A DNA stretch of 37,117 nt from Amoebophrya sp. A120 (taxonomy: Eukaryota > Protista > Dinoflagellata), in NCBI GenBank assembly GCA_905178155.1, contig CAJINV010000029.1, positions 64,841-101,957 of the forward strand. The letters run 5' to 3'. Under the pieces are notes generated by a model that worked only from the letters and a program-made list of their open reading frames with translations, did not search any database and was not told the DNA's origin. The translations under genes were made by a program, and so were the position numbers. This document shows positions 8,039-20,168 of the stretch, piece after piece (positions within the stretch are counted from its first letter, which is position 1; each line of letters opens with the position of its first letter).

Positions 8039-11000
8039 TCACCCTCGGTCCTGCCCCTGCTCTTTATGCATTGCAAAAGTATCGTACTAGTATAAATTGC
8101 ATTACAAATTTTGGCAAGAAGGGAAGTAGAATTTGTAATGCTGTTTTGCCTTAGGAATAACACTTGTCATGCATATTTGTAATTAGTACGAGTCCGATAC
8201 TTTTGCACAGGATACTCTTGCGGAAAAATCGATCTCGCACTGGAGATCGGTGGCCGCGGCAGCGGTTTCGGTCTTCTCGTCTGGTGGGGTGCAGCTGGGG
8301 TTACTTGATGTCCCTGCTCTCGGGCAAGAACTAGATTGCTGTCTGCCTGCTGTTATGGGTTGCAACTAATATCAGGGTCTGTATAGAAGAACTAAATTGG
8401 GTCGGGATGAAATCAGAGATTTGTCTTATTTCTTGAGAGGGTTATTCATGCCTAGCCTGCATGAGAAATACCTTCTCCAAGACACAAAAATTACTGACCC
8501 TGCAACACAGATAGATTTTTTCCTCTTCCAGAATCTGAGCACAGACCCAGATCGGCATTACAATCGATAGGTGTCGACCGGACACAGATGGCTCGGCGGG
8601 TTGATCCTGAAGTCGTCCCAGTCCCGACACCGCTTCGGCAAGGGCGCCCGGCGTTGCCGTTGCCTTGGCAGAGTGTGCACGGAGGGGTTCCAGTTTCGTA
8701 TTTGGTGCACCAGCAGCCCGTCCTGCGTTTCCTGCCTGCACCGCGGATCCAGGGCGGCTTGGTCTAGCGCTACTTGTGGAGACTGGCGGAGTTGTTGTTT
8801 CAGCACGACCCGGTGGGGATCTAATCTCGCTGTGGAGTATGTTCCCTGATTTTTCGCAGCCAGAGGATGAACAAGCACCACTTGATGTTAGCGCCGCTGC
8901 TGCCGCGACCGCTTGCTGCGAGCGCCCTTGGTGGACGGGTAGAACCCCACCACTACGCGGCGGCCCGAGCGGGTTCGGTGGGGGGAACGGCGGTGAACTC
9001 ACGCTGGCGGGTGGCTCGGAGGGGAATTTATTTCGAGTTCCACCAGTTGGTGAAGATATAGCACTGGTCGTTCCCTGAGTTGTTTTTAATGCGGCTACGG
9101 GCTCGGAGGAAAATTTGTGCTGAGACAGCAGCGGCCCGACAGGAGGGCTACTGACGTATGATTCCGTTAATATTTTTGCGGCGGAAGTAGAACTGGTGCA
9201 GCCTCCAACGGCGTCGCCCGTGACCACGGAGGGGGATGATCCTGGATTCAGATTATTGTTTCCTTCGCCGAAGAAATGATCCGATAAAAATTGTCCTCGC
9301 AAAACGGAGCTGCCGCGAACCTTGTCGAGCGAAGGCGGGCTTGGTGGAGGTAGTGGTACAGGTGGTACTCCCTCTGGTCCTCCGCTGAGCGCACCGAAGT
9401 TGGAGTACATGTGGTCTCTGCAACTCATGGACCCACCTCCCCACGTTGTCGACGACTTCGAGCTATCCTGTACAAAAGTATCGTACTCGTAGTAATTATC
9501 GCAGCCATGCATTACAAATCTCCTTCTTAACCTAAATCCGCGTAACAAATTCCATTTTTCATGCTGAGGGATTTTGTCATGTTCTACTCGAAGTACGATG
9601 CTTTTTCATTCCATACGAGCTTTGCCTCCCGCTCGTGCAGCTGGTGCTCAGCATCTCTCCCTGTTTATCCCACAGAAAAAAGCTGGCAGGGCAGATTTGT
9701 AATGCAAAGATAAATACACAGAAAGATCTGTCGTGGGCGGCCTCATAGCATGCCATTTAGGATATGAAATACAATTTTTTTTGTCTATTTATTTTTGCAA
9801 TACAAATATGACCTGCCAGGTTTTTTCTGTGTGATACTGTTGCAGGCTCTGCAGCATGAGCTTCCCTGCGGCTGTGTTCATACTGCTTCTGGAAACGCTC
9901 CTGGCGCGCGCGTATCAAATGCAAAAGCGTCTGGAGGGTCTGGAAGGTTCTAAACTTGCAATGCTGTCTCTGGATTCTGAAAAAATTTCTATTGTATGAC
10001 CAGCAAGACGAGAACTCCAGTTTGTGCTACGCGGAGAGGGCATTTCTCATGCGGCAGAGGCATCATAAAGTCCTCGAAAAATCTGTGATGCTAGGGCATG
10101 CATCACAGACATCATGGGTCATTCAAAATATGCATGACAAACCTGGTAATCTTCCAGACCCAGACACTTTTGCATTTGGTAGCGCGGAATCACAAGCAGC
10201 CCGGCTTGACGAGGATCCACCGCCGCCGGGCAAGAGGACCCCCGGGTATCCTGAGTAAAAACGTACCCACGCCAGAGTTGTCATGCAGATTTGCCATGAC
10301 AGGAACACTTGTGATGCGCAACCCCATGACAGGCATTTTCAATCGTGTTTGGGAACTTGTAACGCTGTAAACAGGGTCAGCAGATCGATTTGTGATGCGG
10401 CTTTCCTTGCTAACTTGCACTACCTTACGGACTGAAGCTTGTCATGCGTGACTCACAAAACTCCTAGGTTTGTGTTGCAAAATCCCCATCCCAACTCTGG
10501 TGTGGGTACGTTTTTACTCAGGATACCGGGTAGTTGTAAATTACTGCTGTTGTTCGAGTTCGTGTTCCCCGAGCCTAACTTCAACCCCGGCAGGTCAGTA
10601 TTTCTTGGTAGCGAAAATAAAGCCGGCAACGCGTCGACGGTAGCGCGCTTGTGGTGCAGAAGCTCGCGCTGCATGTCCTCCCTGACTTCCGTGAAAGCGC
10701 TCGTGACCGAGGGGGATGAGCAAGGACGAGCATCCAGCTGTGTCACCGTGCTGTACTTACTTGTAGCAGAGGTCGGGCGGGACCGAGATGCGGGTAGTCG
10801 TAGTTCTCCACTTATTTCTCGGATGGTTCTTGCCCCCTCTCCCGGGAACGGAACATGTAGTTCTTGATCATGCTGTCCATCAAAATAATCTTCACGTTCA
10901 CCTTCGTTGCTCAATACCCGAACCAGGAAGGCGGTACTAGAGTCGTCCGTGGGAAATAACGAATCGCTTCTGTCGACGACGACGCCGGCGCCAACATGAT

Positions 11001-13378
11001 GACCGACATCTACTTCGATCCCTAAGACACGTGAAGATTCTTCGCTGGCTGCTTGCTTTGTTGTGTGCAACGTCGCTACAGTTTGTGTCGCTTTCTCGTC
11101 GAGAATGCAGGAGGACAAAACGCTTGTGGCGCAGCTGAGCAGGCACTGGTTCTTGCTTGTGTCGGAGAATCCGGGCTCTACCTTCATGCTAGACAACGAA
11201 GATTGCTCTGATGCGCCGGACCCGGAGCCCGCGGACTGCTGCCTATGGATTGCAAAAGTATCGTGCTAATACTAATTGCATGAGCAGAACTGTGCTCAGA
11301 ATAAGAAATGGAATCTGTAATGCGGATGCGCCTTTTTACAAAAGAAATTTGTAATGCTTGGACTGCGATTATAACTTGTACTATACTTTTGCAGTGCATA
11401 CTGCGTCTGCTCCGATAATTGCCGTCCGTTTCGTTCCAAGTCGCCATCGGGGAAAGTATCTTCTTCGTCTTCATGGAGAAGAGGGAGAAACGAATCCGTC
11501 TGGGCATGGTAGGGGGAAGAACGATATGAAATGCAAAAATGTCTGGGTCTGAAAGGTTGGAACTTGATGTAATGCTAGCTTTCCATACCTAGAAAATCTG
11601 TATTGCATAACCAACAAAAGTCGCAGCCTCTTTTGTCATGTAAAAACGCAGTTTCTCATGCGGATTGCCTACTTACGAGAAAGCGTTTTGGGAAGTTGTC
11701 ATGCCGGACTGCATTCGGAAGTGTTTTCATCATGCACATTTTAGCATCACAAGTTTCCAGACCCAGACACTTTTGGATTTGATAAAAGATGTGCAACAGC
11801 ATTCGCCGACGAGGAGGAGGCGGAGGATCCGTGCCACGACGATATTACAACAGACGTTTTTTTCGACGACTCGGACTGCATTTCCACAGCTGCTGCTCCT
11901 CCCCCTCGGTACTCCAACGATCCTAGCGTAGCTGTTCCCGAGGAGGAAAGCAGTGCCCGCCGGTTCCCGGCCAATTTTGCTTTCTCGTAATCCTCCGACC
12001 GGGTTCTTGCGACTTGGGAAGGAGGAGAGTTGTGTTGTGCGACATGATGTTCTTGTGAGTAGAGATCAGCACCTGATTGAAAAAATTCTGGCTCCCTTGG
12101 TTCCACCGTCGGTCCCCCTCCATTCCTTCTTTTCCTTCTGGAGATGTCGAATTCAGGCAGAAGACCATCCGCGATGGCGCCAGAGGTGGTCGTAGCCGCT
12201 TGCTCCTGCGCAAGAACACCAGGGGAGGAGGCGTAGTTCCTCGACGCAGGAGAAGTAGGTGCAACAGCGGCGGGTGCAGTTTTGTTGCTCCTGCAAGCGG
12301 CGGACAAAACGAACAAGTCCATTTTTTCCAATTCATCGCCTGCCGATTTACCAGTAATACAAGAACCCTCTTCAAGAACGTATTGCTGGTGCCCTTGCAG
12401 TGTTGATGAAGCGACGTGCTGCCGCGGTGGCGTTCCCATGACCGCCCGTGCGCCGGCGAATGACAGCAAGGGGGATGCAGTGGAGCTGGCTGCGCCGGTC
12501 TCATTTGCAGGTGGAACAAAAATGCAACTCCTCGGGGATGCGGATGATGAAGACGGGACAACAACTCTATTGGAGTCGTTCATTTTCGGTTTCCCAGAAC
12601 AACTACTAGTGCCACAGATCGGGCTTGCAGTTGGTGTTTTCGTTTGCTTGTCCAACGAGGGTCCTGCTGCTCCCATGGCGGCCGCGGGTTGTAGTCCTAG
12701 TTGTCCTTCTCGAAGCTCATGCAGGTCTTGCAGCTCGTCTGCGCTTCTTGACCACGTGCAGTGTGAGTTAGAATTGCAACTACCTGCGGAAGATTTTGGT
12801 TTACTAGGCTGAGAATTCGACGGTGAGGTGAATGATGCAGCTGTCAATGCGAAACCATATGCGCCGAGGGTTGCACCACCTCCCAAAGCAGAGACCGCAG
12901 AGCTGCGTCCAGCAGATGACTTTCGCGTAGAAGTGGTGCCGAACAACCCGAAGAGATTGCTGACCACGAGGATCATGGCTGCACGCACCAGAGACGAGGT
13001 ACTTCTCTTGAGCTTGATGCTCCAAAAAAAACCACGCCGTGGAGGGATACTTTTGACGGTGCGTCGAGGTAGAATTTCTGTGCCAGGAGCGTCGTGGTCC
13101 CCGCGGTTGTAGTTTCTCGGTGATATCTTCATGAAGGATGTGCTGCACCGGCGCAGCAGCTGGCCGTGCCGGTAAAAAAATTGTCGCCCCTCAGGAGTTG
13201 TACTAGTAGAGCCGCGACTTCTGCAGAAGCCGTTTTGGCTTTCGACAGAAGCAATTTTGTTAGCATTTATTTCGTCCCATGAGCAGCATGACGAAGACGA
13301 CGAGTAGAAACCCGACCGGCCTGCTCGGGAAACCGATCCTGGCCGGAGGACCGCCTGTCCTGGCCGGATCTTCGCCAT
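8039..13378 (-). CDS. Multi-exon gene, S/G/P-rich hypothetical protein (~1210 aa), 8 introner introns
   Basis: Exons 13378-11785, 11519-11401, 11238-10526, 10241-10182, 9907-9837, 9660-9616, 9458-8570, 8348-8215, 8059-8039. 7 of 8 junctions join in frame after removing element plus one TSD; the 10247-10525 junction is 1 nt off. Hydrophobic segment near aa 128-146. Confidence 0.72.
8065..8214. mobile_element. Introner family B
   Basis: TIR TATGCATTGCAAAAGTATCG...CGATACTTTTGCACAGGATA; perfect TSD CTCTT. Confidence 0.9.
8354..8569. mobile_element. Degenerate introner, family A-like
   Basis: TAT...ATA ends, GGGTCTG/CAGACCC inverted core, TSD GCTGT/GGTGT; removal restores frame. Confidence 0.75.
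9464..9615. mobile_element. Introner family B (opposite orientation to 8065-8214)
   Basis: TATCCTGTACAAAAGTATCGTACT...AGTACGATGCTTTTTCATTCCATA; perfect TSD CGAGC; frame restored. Confidence 0.9.
9666..9836. mobile_element. Introner family E
   Basis: TIR TATCCCACAGAAAAAAGCTGGCAGG/CCTGCCAGGTTTTTTCTGTGTGATA; perfect TSD CTGTT; frame restored. Confidence 0.9.
9913..10181. mobile_element. Introner family A
   Basis: Family A TIRs (right end ...TTTGGTA); perfect TSD GCGCG; frame restored. Confidence 0.9.
10247..10525. mobile_element. Introner family D
   Basis: 34-bp TIR TATCCTGAGTAAAAACGTACCCACGCCAGAGTTG with 1 mismatch; perfect TSD CCGGG. Confidence 0.93.
11244..11400. mobile_element. Introner family B
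   Basis: Family B TIRs; TSD CTGCC/CTGCG; frame restored. Confidence 0.87.
11525..11784. mobile_element. Introner family A
   Basis: Family A TIRs; TSD AACGA/AAAGA; frame restored. Confidence 0.88.
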
Positions 13379-15834
13379 CTTGTGTTTTTGATCAGAAAAA
13401 GATTAATGTTTCGCTTGGATCTTCGAGGAAAAGAAAGAAGAAACAAAAACTTGCGCCGCGACCGTGTGCCAACGAATGAATGAAGTTGAAGGAAGAAAGA
13501 GTGGACGCCCGAGGACCATACTTGGTTTTTTTATTTACTTCGCGAGATGCGAGGAGCGAAAGGAGCGGGAACAACAACAGCAGCACGAGAACCACTCTCG
13601 TGCTTGAGTAACAATCAATCTCCATGGGCCGTTCGTGGCGCCATCGCGTCGCGTGGTTCGTCATGCGAGCAACAGATAATATCTGCAGGGAAGCTAGTAC
13701 TGTGTGCGCGCCGCGGCTACGGCTGAAGTAGAAGACGCAAGGGAGCGGCGCCAGGAAGCGCATGCGCCAGTGCGCGCAGACACGCGCCAAGCCGCGCGGT
13801 GTTAGGCACGGGAACTATCGCCCACGCAGCCAGAGAGCGAGCCTAGGGCGCGCCCTGGTGGGGTGTACGTATGTGCCTCAGGCGCCGCGGCAGTTGCTGA
13901 AGCGAGCAACCGACTGAAGCTGCCAGGGCGACAGCTGGGGAAGCTAACAGATAAGCGGGGGCCAGGCAGCGGCTGGGCCCCGGCGCCTTTGCTTCTTCCC
14001 CTTTCGTGGGCGGCGCTGCCCGGAGATGATAAAAAGCAAGAGCAAGGGGCGGGGGAGGGGCTGGCGGCCGGCGTATTCCAGGACGGTACCCGTGGAACGT
14101 ACACCGGAGCCGGCCCGGCCCGGCGTCCGGGTCGCGGATTTTTCGCCGACCCGAGTGCCTGCCGCCCGCCCGCCCGGCCGCCCCGCAGTGGGGCCAACGG
14201 CTGTCGCGGCCGTCGCGAACCGGCACGCCACGGACCGCAAACAGGGCGGAGGGGCGCGCAACATCCCCGGCCGGGCCCCCCGGTGTGAGGAAGCACGCTG
14301 CGGCAAAGGAGTGAAGCCGCGCGGGACTCCCGCGAGGAGTGAGGCCGCCCACCCATCACGCCGGCCCGCCCCGCTGCCCGGTCTCTTCCCTTGCGGCGGT
14401 GCCTCTGCGTGCTCTTCAAAAGTGACGGCCCCACCTGAACACGAAGCACCCCGAGCAGCTTCAAACGCCACCCCCGCCACTGCGTCACCCCTGTGCCTTG
14501 CTACTATCTGCGGAGGCGAATTCCTGCAGCTTTCGCGCGCTCTCTCGAAGTGCGGCGCAAGCCTGTTGCGTTGGCGTGTGGGTGGTCGCACTCGCTCCAC
14601 TTGGGGGCGTCGCGGCTCGACTCTTCGGCGCCGGCCAAAATAGTCACCCCCGAAAACCAGGCCGCATCGCCTTCCCGCGAAGATATTTCCCAGAAACGCG
14701 GCGCGCGCCTCTCCCCTGGCCGGCAGATCGTAGCGGGCGCCTGGAGCTCGCGCGGCAAAAAAGCAACGGCGCCAGCCACCGCAGACACTGCGCCACAGCT
14801 CTGCCACCCCGGCCGAGGCTGCGGGAAGCGCCAGGCCCTCCCGTAAAATCGGGCGCCTACCAATGCTCTCCGTGTATGCCTCTGCCCTTCACACGTCGGC
14901 GGGCGAGACAATTGTGGAAGGGTCGTAATGCGATCGTTCGTACGCATGAGGATCGATCCTCCGCTTCATACCGTGATGGATCATTGCGAACACAAAGCAA
15001 TAAAGCTGTCGACGATGTTGTTGTGAAACAGAAATCCAACGATCACCATCTCGCTGCACTTTTGCTACCGTTCTTCAGTCATTTTATAAATATGATTTTT
15101 CTTCGAAAAAAGTGTCAGTTTAATAAATCTGTTGTGATAAAACGTATACAAATTTTCATTCGCATTATCATGTTTCTGTGCTTGTTGCCAGACCGTTACA
15201 TTTTTCTGTCGCCATTGCGAGCAGTATTCTGTGCGACACTTCTTGTGTGGTCCGGTGAGATTACTTGGTGTATGATATTTTCTTTTTCTTTAATACATGT
15301 ACAGATCGAAGATGCCTTCTGCACCTCCTGCGTCAAAGTGTTATCTGCGGCGTGCGTGTACTGCACTCCATTCTACTATTTGTTCGTTTGCCAAAAAAAA
15401 CAAAAATAGTTGCTGCTCTGCAGCATCTTTTCAATCTTCCATGGGCATTTATGTGAAAGTCTAAATTCGGAAACCTATCCAAATATGAATTGAAAGCCCA
15501 GGCACATGTGTTGTAGTCGAAGAAAATAACGTTCATTCTTTTGCAACGCCGCTGGCGAAACAGGGGCATTGCATGCCTTTTGTCGTGTACTCTCAAAAAT
15601 AAGCATGATCTACAACTAGTTCGTAGTAGAAACAAGGTAAAATAATCTTAGCTATTCATGGGCCCATTAGCATTAAATGTTCTTGCAATTGTTCAACTAT
15701 AAGCTGCTGGCTCTTGACTTTGACAAAAAAAAATGTTAGATCTTGTGCATTGCAGCCTTCTGTGATACCGTAAAAAACAAAAATTGAAAGTGTAAAAAAA
15801 TTTTTCACGCAGCGCTTTATTCTCAACCAATATA

Positions 15835-18800
15835 CTATTTCAAAACACCTCCCCCCGTTCCAGGCTTCTTGTTCTTTCCCTTTGCAGATGCTTTTGCTTT
15901 CGCTTTGGCCCTGTTTGCACTTTTTCCTTCCGCCTTCGCACGCACGCCTTTGGCTTTTGTTTTCTTTTCCAATGTCGGACTTTTTGCGCCGGCGACGTTT
16001 TCCTCTTTTGATGTTGTACTTGCTACGTTGATTTTGTCCTCTTCGTCCCGAGCGGTTGTGTTGGAGGTTTTGTCGTGTGCATTGCGGAACAAGACGCTAG
16101 AGATTCCATTTTTGAAACCGCTCCAGAAACCAGTACTGGCACTTGCAGCTTCATCCTGACTGGTAGTTTGATTCGCGGCGTTTGATGCAGGAGCAGAGGA
16201 TGATGACAGTGGCTCTTGATGCCCAGAAGAAGTACAGTTCTCGCCTTCCTTGCTGCTGCAGTTGCTGTCTACTTTTTTCTTTGATGATGAACTTTTCTTT
16301 TTCAACATCTTCACGTGCTTTTCAACCCGACTCCGCTTTTCTCGCAGCGACGACTTCTTCTTTTCCGGAGAAATAACTTTCTTGCTGTCACTACGATCCT
16401 ATCAAATGCAAATATGTCTGGGTCTAGAAAAAGGGAGCTTGTGATGCTGGTCTTACAATCCAAGAAAATCTGTATTGCATGGCCAGCAAACGCGCAGCGT
16501 TCTTTGTCACGCAGAAACGGAGTTTGTCATGCGTGTTCTTACGTATGAGACAGCGTTGCAAGAACTTGTCATGCTTGGCTGCAGTCGAAAGCGTTGCAGT
16601 CATCCGCACTTCAGCATCACAAGTGTCCAGATCCAAGCATATTTGCATTTAATAGATCCCCGCGTGGCTGTTGTTGTTTCGCCTCCCGCTTCTTCACGGC
16701 GGTGGTACTTTTCTTTCTTCCTGGTTTTACAGCAGCAGCTTTGGCTTTCCGTTTAGCGCCGTTGTCTGAGTTCTTTTTACTTTTCCCGCTTGAACTTCCT
16801 CCTTGATGCGGGGGACAAGGCTTTGGAGGTGCTGCATTGGGCTTGATCTTCCCGACGGCCCGGCCAGCAGTTCCTTTATTCGCGGCTCCTGCTGTCGATG
16901 CGCTTGTTGCACTACTGCCGCTGCTCTGCAGCCTTGAAGATGTTGTAGTTGCGTCGTTTCTAGTACTCAGGAGGTGCGGCAGAGCTGCTGCGCGGGAGGA
17001 CGAGGAGCCCGCGGAGCCAGTACACGAGGAGGACGAAGTAGAGCTGCCCGGAGGTTTGGCAGATGCAGTTTGGACTTCTTATCCTATCCAGTGCAAATCA
17101 AACGACGTGACCGACAACCCAGACCGAAAAAGCATGAAGTTTTTCTTTCTAGTACACAAATCGCCAACGTTTGGCTATCATTTCGCATGACAAGATTGGC
17201 CGCGCAGTATACCAAAGTAGTGACGTTAGCTGGTGCAGCCGCATCACAAATCGATCACCTTACGATCATCCCGATAACAGCATGACAAAGACAAAGTCGA
17301 AATACGTAAATACTATTAGAAATTAAATCCTCAGTCAACCTCATGTTGTGGAAACGCATGAGAAACAAGCAACCCGCGCATGCAAATTCGCATGACAGCA
17401 ACTCCGGTGTGCGAACGTCGTGTTTACACGGGATATGATCTTCCCCAGCTTCATCATCCGTGGAACTCGGGATTTCCTCGCCCCTGCGGTTCACCTTACG
17501 CTTCGTCAAATCATAGGCGTCCTTATTCCAGGGCTCCGCTGGATACAGCCAGTAGTCTATCCGCTGCAATAAACATGTCTGGGTGGTCCTCTGGAGGAGT
17601 CCGCGCGTTTGTCTTCATGCAAGAAATCCTCCCGGCGAAAGATGGGCTGAGATCCACGCAAACGAGCTCAAGCTCAAGCACTACTTACAGGTTTTATTCC
17701 GAAGGTTTCTTGATGCCCACTCTGCATGAGAAATTTGCTAGTATCTGTGCAACAAAAAATAATAGTGGGCACACGCTGCACGGGCAGCATTTATTGGCAC
17801 TGACGCAGATACAGTGTTTTGTCTCGTCTGCTCAATATTTAGCATCAGAAGTTGCATCAAACTGCTTCGCCTTCCCGACCCAGATGAAATTTTTTTCGTT
17901 TTTTTTCATTTGATATAGTTGACGAGACTCCCATCACCGTCCTTGCGTCTGACGAATTTTTTCCGGATCTCCTCAGAGCTCTTGCGCCACTCCCGCCAAA
18001 TATCCAAGAAAAAAACGGCGTTAGCATAGAAGGGGTCTATGGGTGGCAGCATGACAAACTTGATGTTCCGCATGACAACGAAAAATCACGACTGGCAGCG
18101 TGACAAACTTGAATAGGACGTCACGACTGGGTGTAGTATGGCAAGCGCAACAAACTGTGTAGCCTCCGGTGCATTACTTACAGACTTCCACTTGCCTAGC
18201 CTTTTCCTTGCATACCAAAGACGCTGGTTGTCAAGCACCTCCGGGGGCACGGGTGGAAAGGCCTGCACGCCAGATGAGGTGAGGCAAATGCAGTCCCAGC
18301 CGACTTCGATTCTTGCCCTCCGTTCATTGTCAAGCGCCTTTTGGATGGTGCTCTCCTTCGGGTTCGGGATGCCTGGTGTTTATCAAGTGTAAAAATGTCT
18401 GGGTCTGGAGGAGTGCCAGACTTGTCATGCAGGTTTTCCATGACCCATGAGGTCTGGTCTGGCATGTAGGACATAGCATTACAGATTCTGTGAGGGTTCT
18501 ATCATGTCTATCCTGCATGAGAAACTGCCTCTCGATTACGTCAAAAGTGGACAGCTTTTGGTAATGATGCAACACTGTTTTTTGCATGCTTCAGATTTAG
18601 CATGAGAAGTTGCATTCTTCCAGACCGAGACACTTTCACATTTGATAGTGTTCTGCGGATGACGTTTTTCTCCGGGGTTATGCAGGAAAAGAAAATAAAA
18701 AGCTGTGTCGATAATATAAGTCTGTGACCATGCAGTAGAGCATGCAACGCAGTTCTTACAATTCTGTCATGCGGATTTACATTCGAGCCCCTTTTCATGC

Positions 18801-19518
18801 TCGATCATTTCACAGTTGATACTAGCAAGTGGCAAGTTTTTTCTGTCATGCGAAACAAATTTGTGATGCTGCACCCCGTCACAAGGAGTTAGAGTTACAC
18901 CAACGCAGTTCTTTTTTTTGATCTTGCATAGGTGCCTCGTCCCATTCAATGCCAGACTCTCGTGTGTACGACGAGAGAAATTGTATGAGATTCTCAAACG
19001 TTACGCGCTCAACTGCTACATAAATTTGTGAAGGAAGAACAAGGGACAACAACAGGAAAAGGGCCAACATTGAAACCTTCGCATCACAAATTTGGCGCAG
19101 ATTTAGACGCTCTCTCGCCCTACTTCGAGAATTTATCAATGAAAAGTATCTACTTGTTCTTGATCGTCTGGTGGCTTACGAGGATAAGTTTGCATTTACA
19201 AATTCATGTAAGAGTTGAGAAGATAACATCTGTCAAATCCATAACCTCCTCCATCGTCTTCTGGTTGCCCTGCCTGGCGTATCCACGGGAAGATGAAAAC
19301 GAGCATTGCACATCTCGTACTATTTTTTAATTGCAATCATCCATGACAGAAGATCCTGCCAGCAACACAAATTCAATTTTTCATGCTAGGCATTGAGTTT
19401 GTGTTTGAATTTGTCATGCAAAAATTTGCGATACTCTTGTACAGTTGGATATGGTGAGAAGGTAGGGTCGCGTTGGTTTTTCCTCGAAGTACTCCGTCTT
19501 CAACTTGGGAATCCGCAT
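15835..19518 (-). CDS. Multi-exon gene, hypothetical protein with K/S-rich C-terminus (~510 aa from ATG 19518; may start further upstream)
   Basis: Exons 19518-19452, 19274-19226, 18978-18931, 18673-18648, 18375-18215, 17995-17916, 17552-17436, 17079-16655, 16394-15835 sum to 1533 nt with no internal stop. Confidence 0.72.
16400..16654. mobile_element. Introner family A
   Basis: Family A TIRs; perfect TSD GATCC; frame restored. Confidence 0.9.
17085..17435. mobile_element. Degenerate introner
   Basis: TATCCAGTGCAAA/TTTACACGGGATA inverted ends; TSD decayed (TATCC/TGATC); frame restored. Confidence 0.7.
17558..17915. mobile_element. Degenerate introner, family A-like
   Basis: TAT...TTTGATA ends, TCTGGGT/ACCCAGA core, TSD TAGTC/TAGTT; frame restored. 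Confidence 0.78.
18001..18214. mobile_element. Introner family F
   Basis: TATCCAAGAAAA...TTTTCCTTGCATA; perfect TSD CCAAA; frame restored. Confidence 0.82.
18381..18647. mobile_element. Introner family A
   Basis: Family A TIRs; perfect TSD GTGTT; frame restored. Confidence 0.92.
18679..18930. mobile_element. Degenerate introner
   Basis: TATGCAGG...CTTGCATA ends; TSD decayed (GGGGT/GGTGC); frame restored. Confidence 0.68.
18984..19225. mobile_element. Degenerate introner, family C-like
   Basis: TATGAGATTCTCAAACGTTAC...GTAAGAGTTGAGAAGATA; right boundary partly chosen by frame. Confidence 0.6.
19280..19451. mobile_element. Degenerate introner, family B-like
   Basis: TATCCA...TGGATA ends; TSD TGGCG/TGGTG; frame restored. 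Confidence 0.72.
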
Positions 19519-19523
19519 TTCCT

Positions 19524-19741
19524 TATGGATTGTAAAAGTACCGCGCCAACAGTAATTGCAAGAGCAAAAAATTGAAATTTTCCCCACTGCAAGTGGACTT
19601 TGTAATTGCGCATGACAAAGTTACAAGTTCATGAGAAATGGAATTCGTTTTTCGTTTATGCGGGATTACAACGTCAAGCAAAAGATTTACATGACTGCAA
19701 TAGCAGTTACTATGAGTGTCAGGATACTTTTATTTTGCATA
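19524..19741. mobile_element. Degenerate introner, family B-like
   Basis: TATGGATTGTAAAAGTA...TACTTTTATTTTGCATA; TSD decayed. Confidence 0.65.
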
Positions 19742-20043
19742 GTTGTGGAGATGCGCCACCTTCTTTTCCTCGTCAGATTTAGGGCTCGCAGCAGGAGGAT
19801 CAACTGCCTCACCCGACTTTTCGTGCCATTATGTGGGGCGTAACAAATGTGTAGGCCCGAGCTGAATTCTTTGTGATGCGAGTCGTATAGAGTGACAGCA
19901 AGATCTTGCTGTCAGGGAATGCGGACGGTCGGACAGAACAGGCAATCGCATCAGGACAGAAAAGAGACAGCCCCAGGGGCAAAGCTTTGAAGTCGGAGGC
20001 AGCAGGCGGGGAAAAAAGGACAGAGCAACAAAAGAAAACAAAA

Positions 20044-20130
20044 CGCAGCGGAGGAGGAATCGAACCCCTGGGCGTCACCGCCCCCCGCGGGTTGAAGCCG
20101 CGTCCGAGCACCAGCCCGGCTCACCACTGC
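20044..20130 (-). tRNA. tRNA-Sec (TCA)
   Basis: 87 nt GCAGTGGTG...CTCCGCTGCG; 9-bp acceptor and 4-bp T stem, 6-bp D stem with 4-nt loop (CCGGGC TGGT GCTCGG), anticodon loop CTTCAAC, long variable arm, G discriminator, T-run terminator. Confidence 0.93.
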
Positions 20131-20168
20131 CTGGAAGGCGGTTGCGGCAGTTGGGTGAAACGCTAGAC

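Noticed and set aside
10190-10192. In-frame TGA as Sec or stop-codon reassignment
   Set aside because: That frame ends at 9253, whereas the alternative frame links to the long downstream exon. All other reconstructed exons are stop-free under the standard code.
13802-15409. Overlapping 200-300-aa ORFs on both strands
   Set aside because: Expected from stop-codon scarcity in GC-rich sequence; no motifs.
20044-20130. tRNA-Ser or opal suppressor
   Set aside because: The 9/4 fold, 6-bp D stem and TCA anticodon identify tRNA-Sec.
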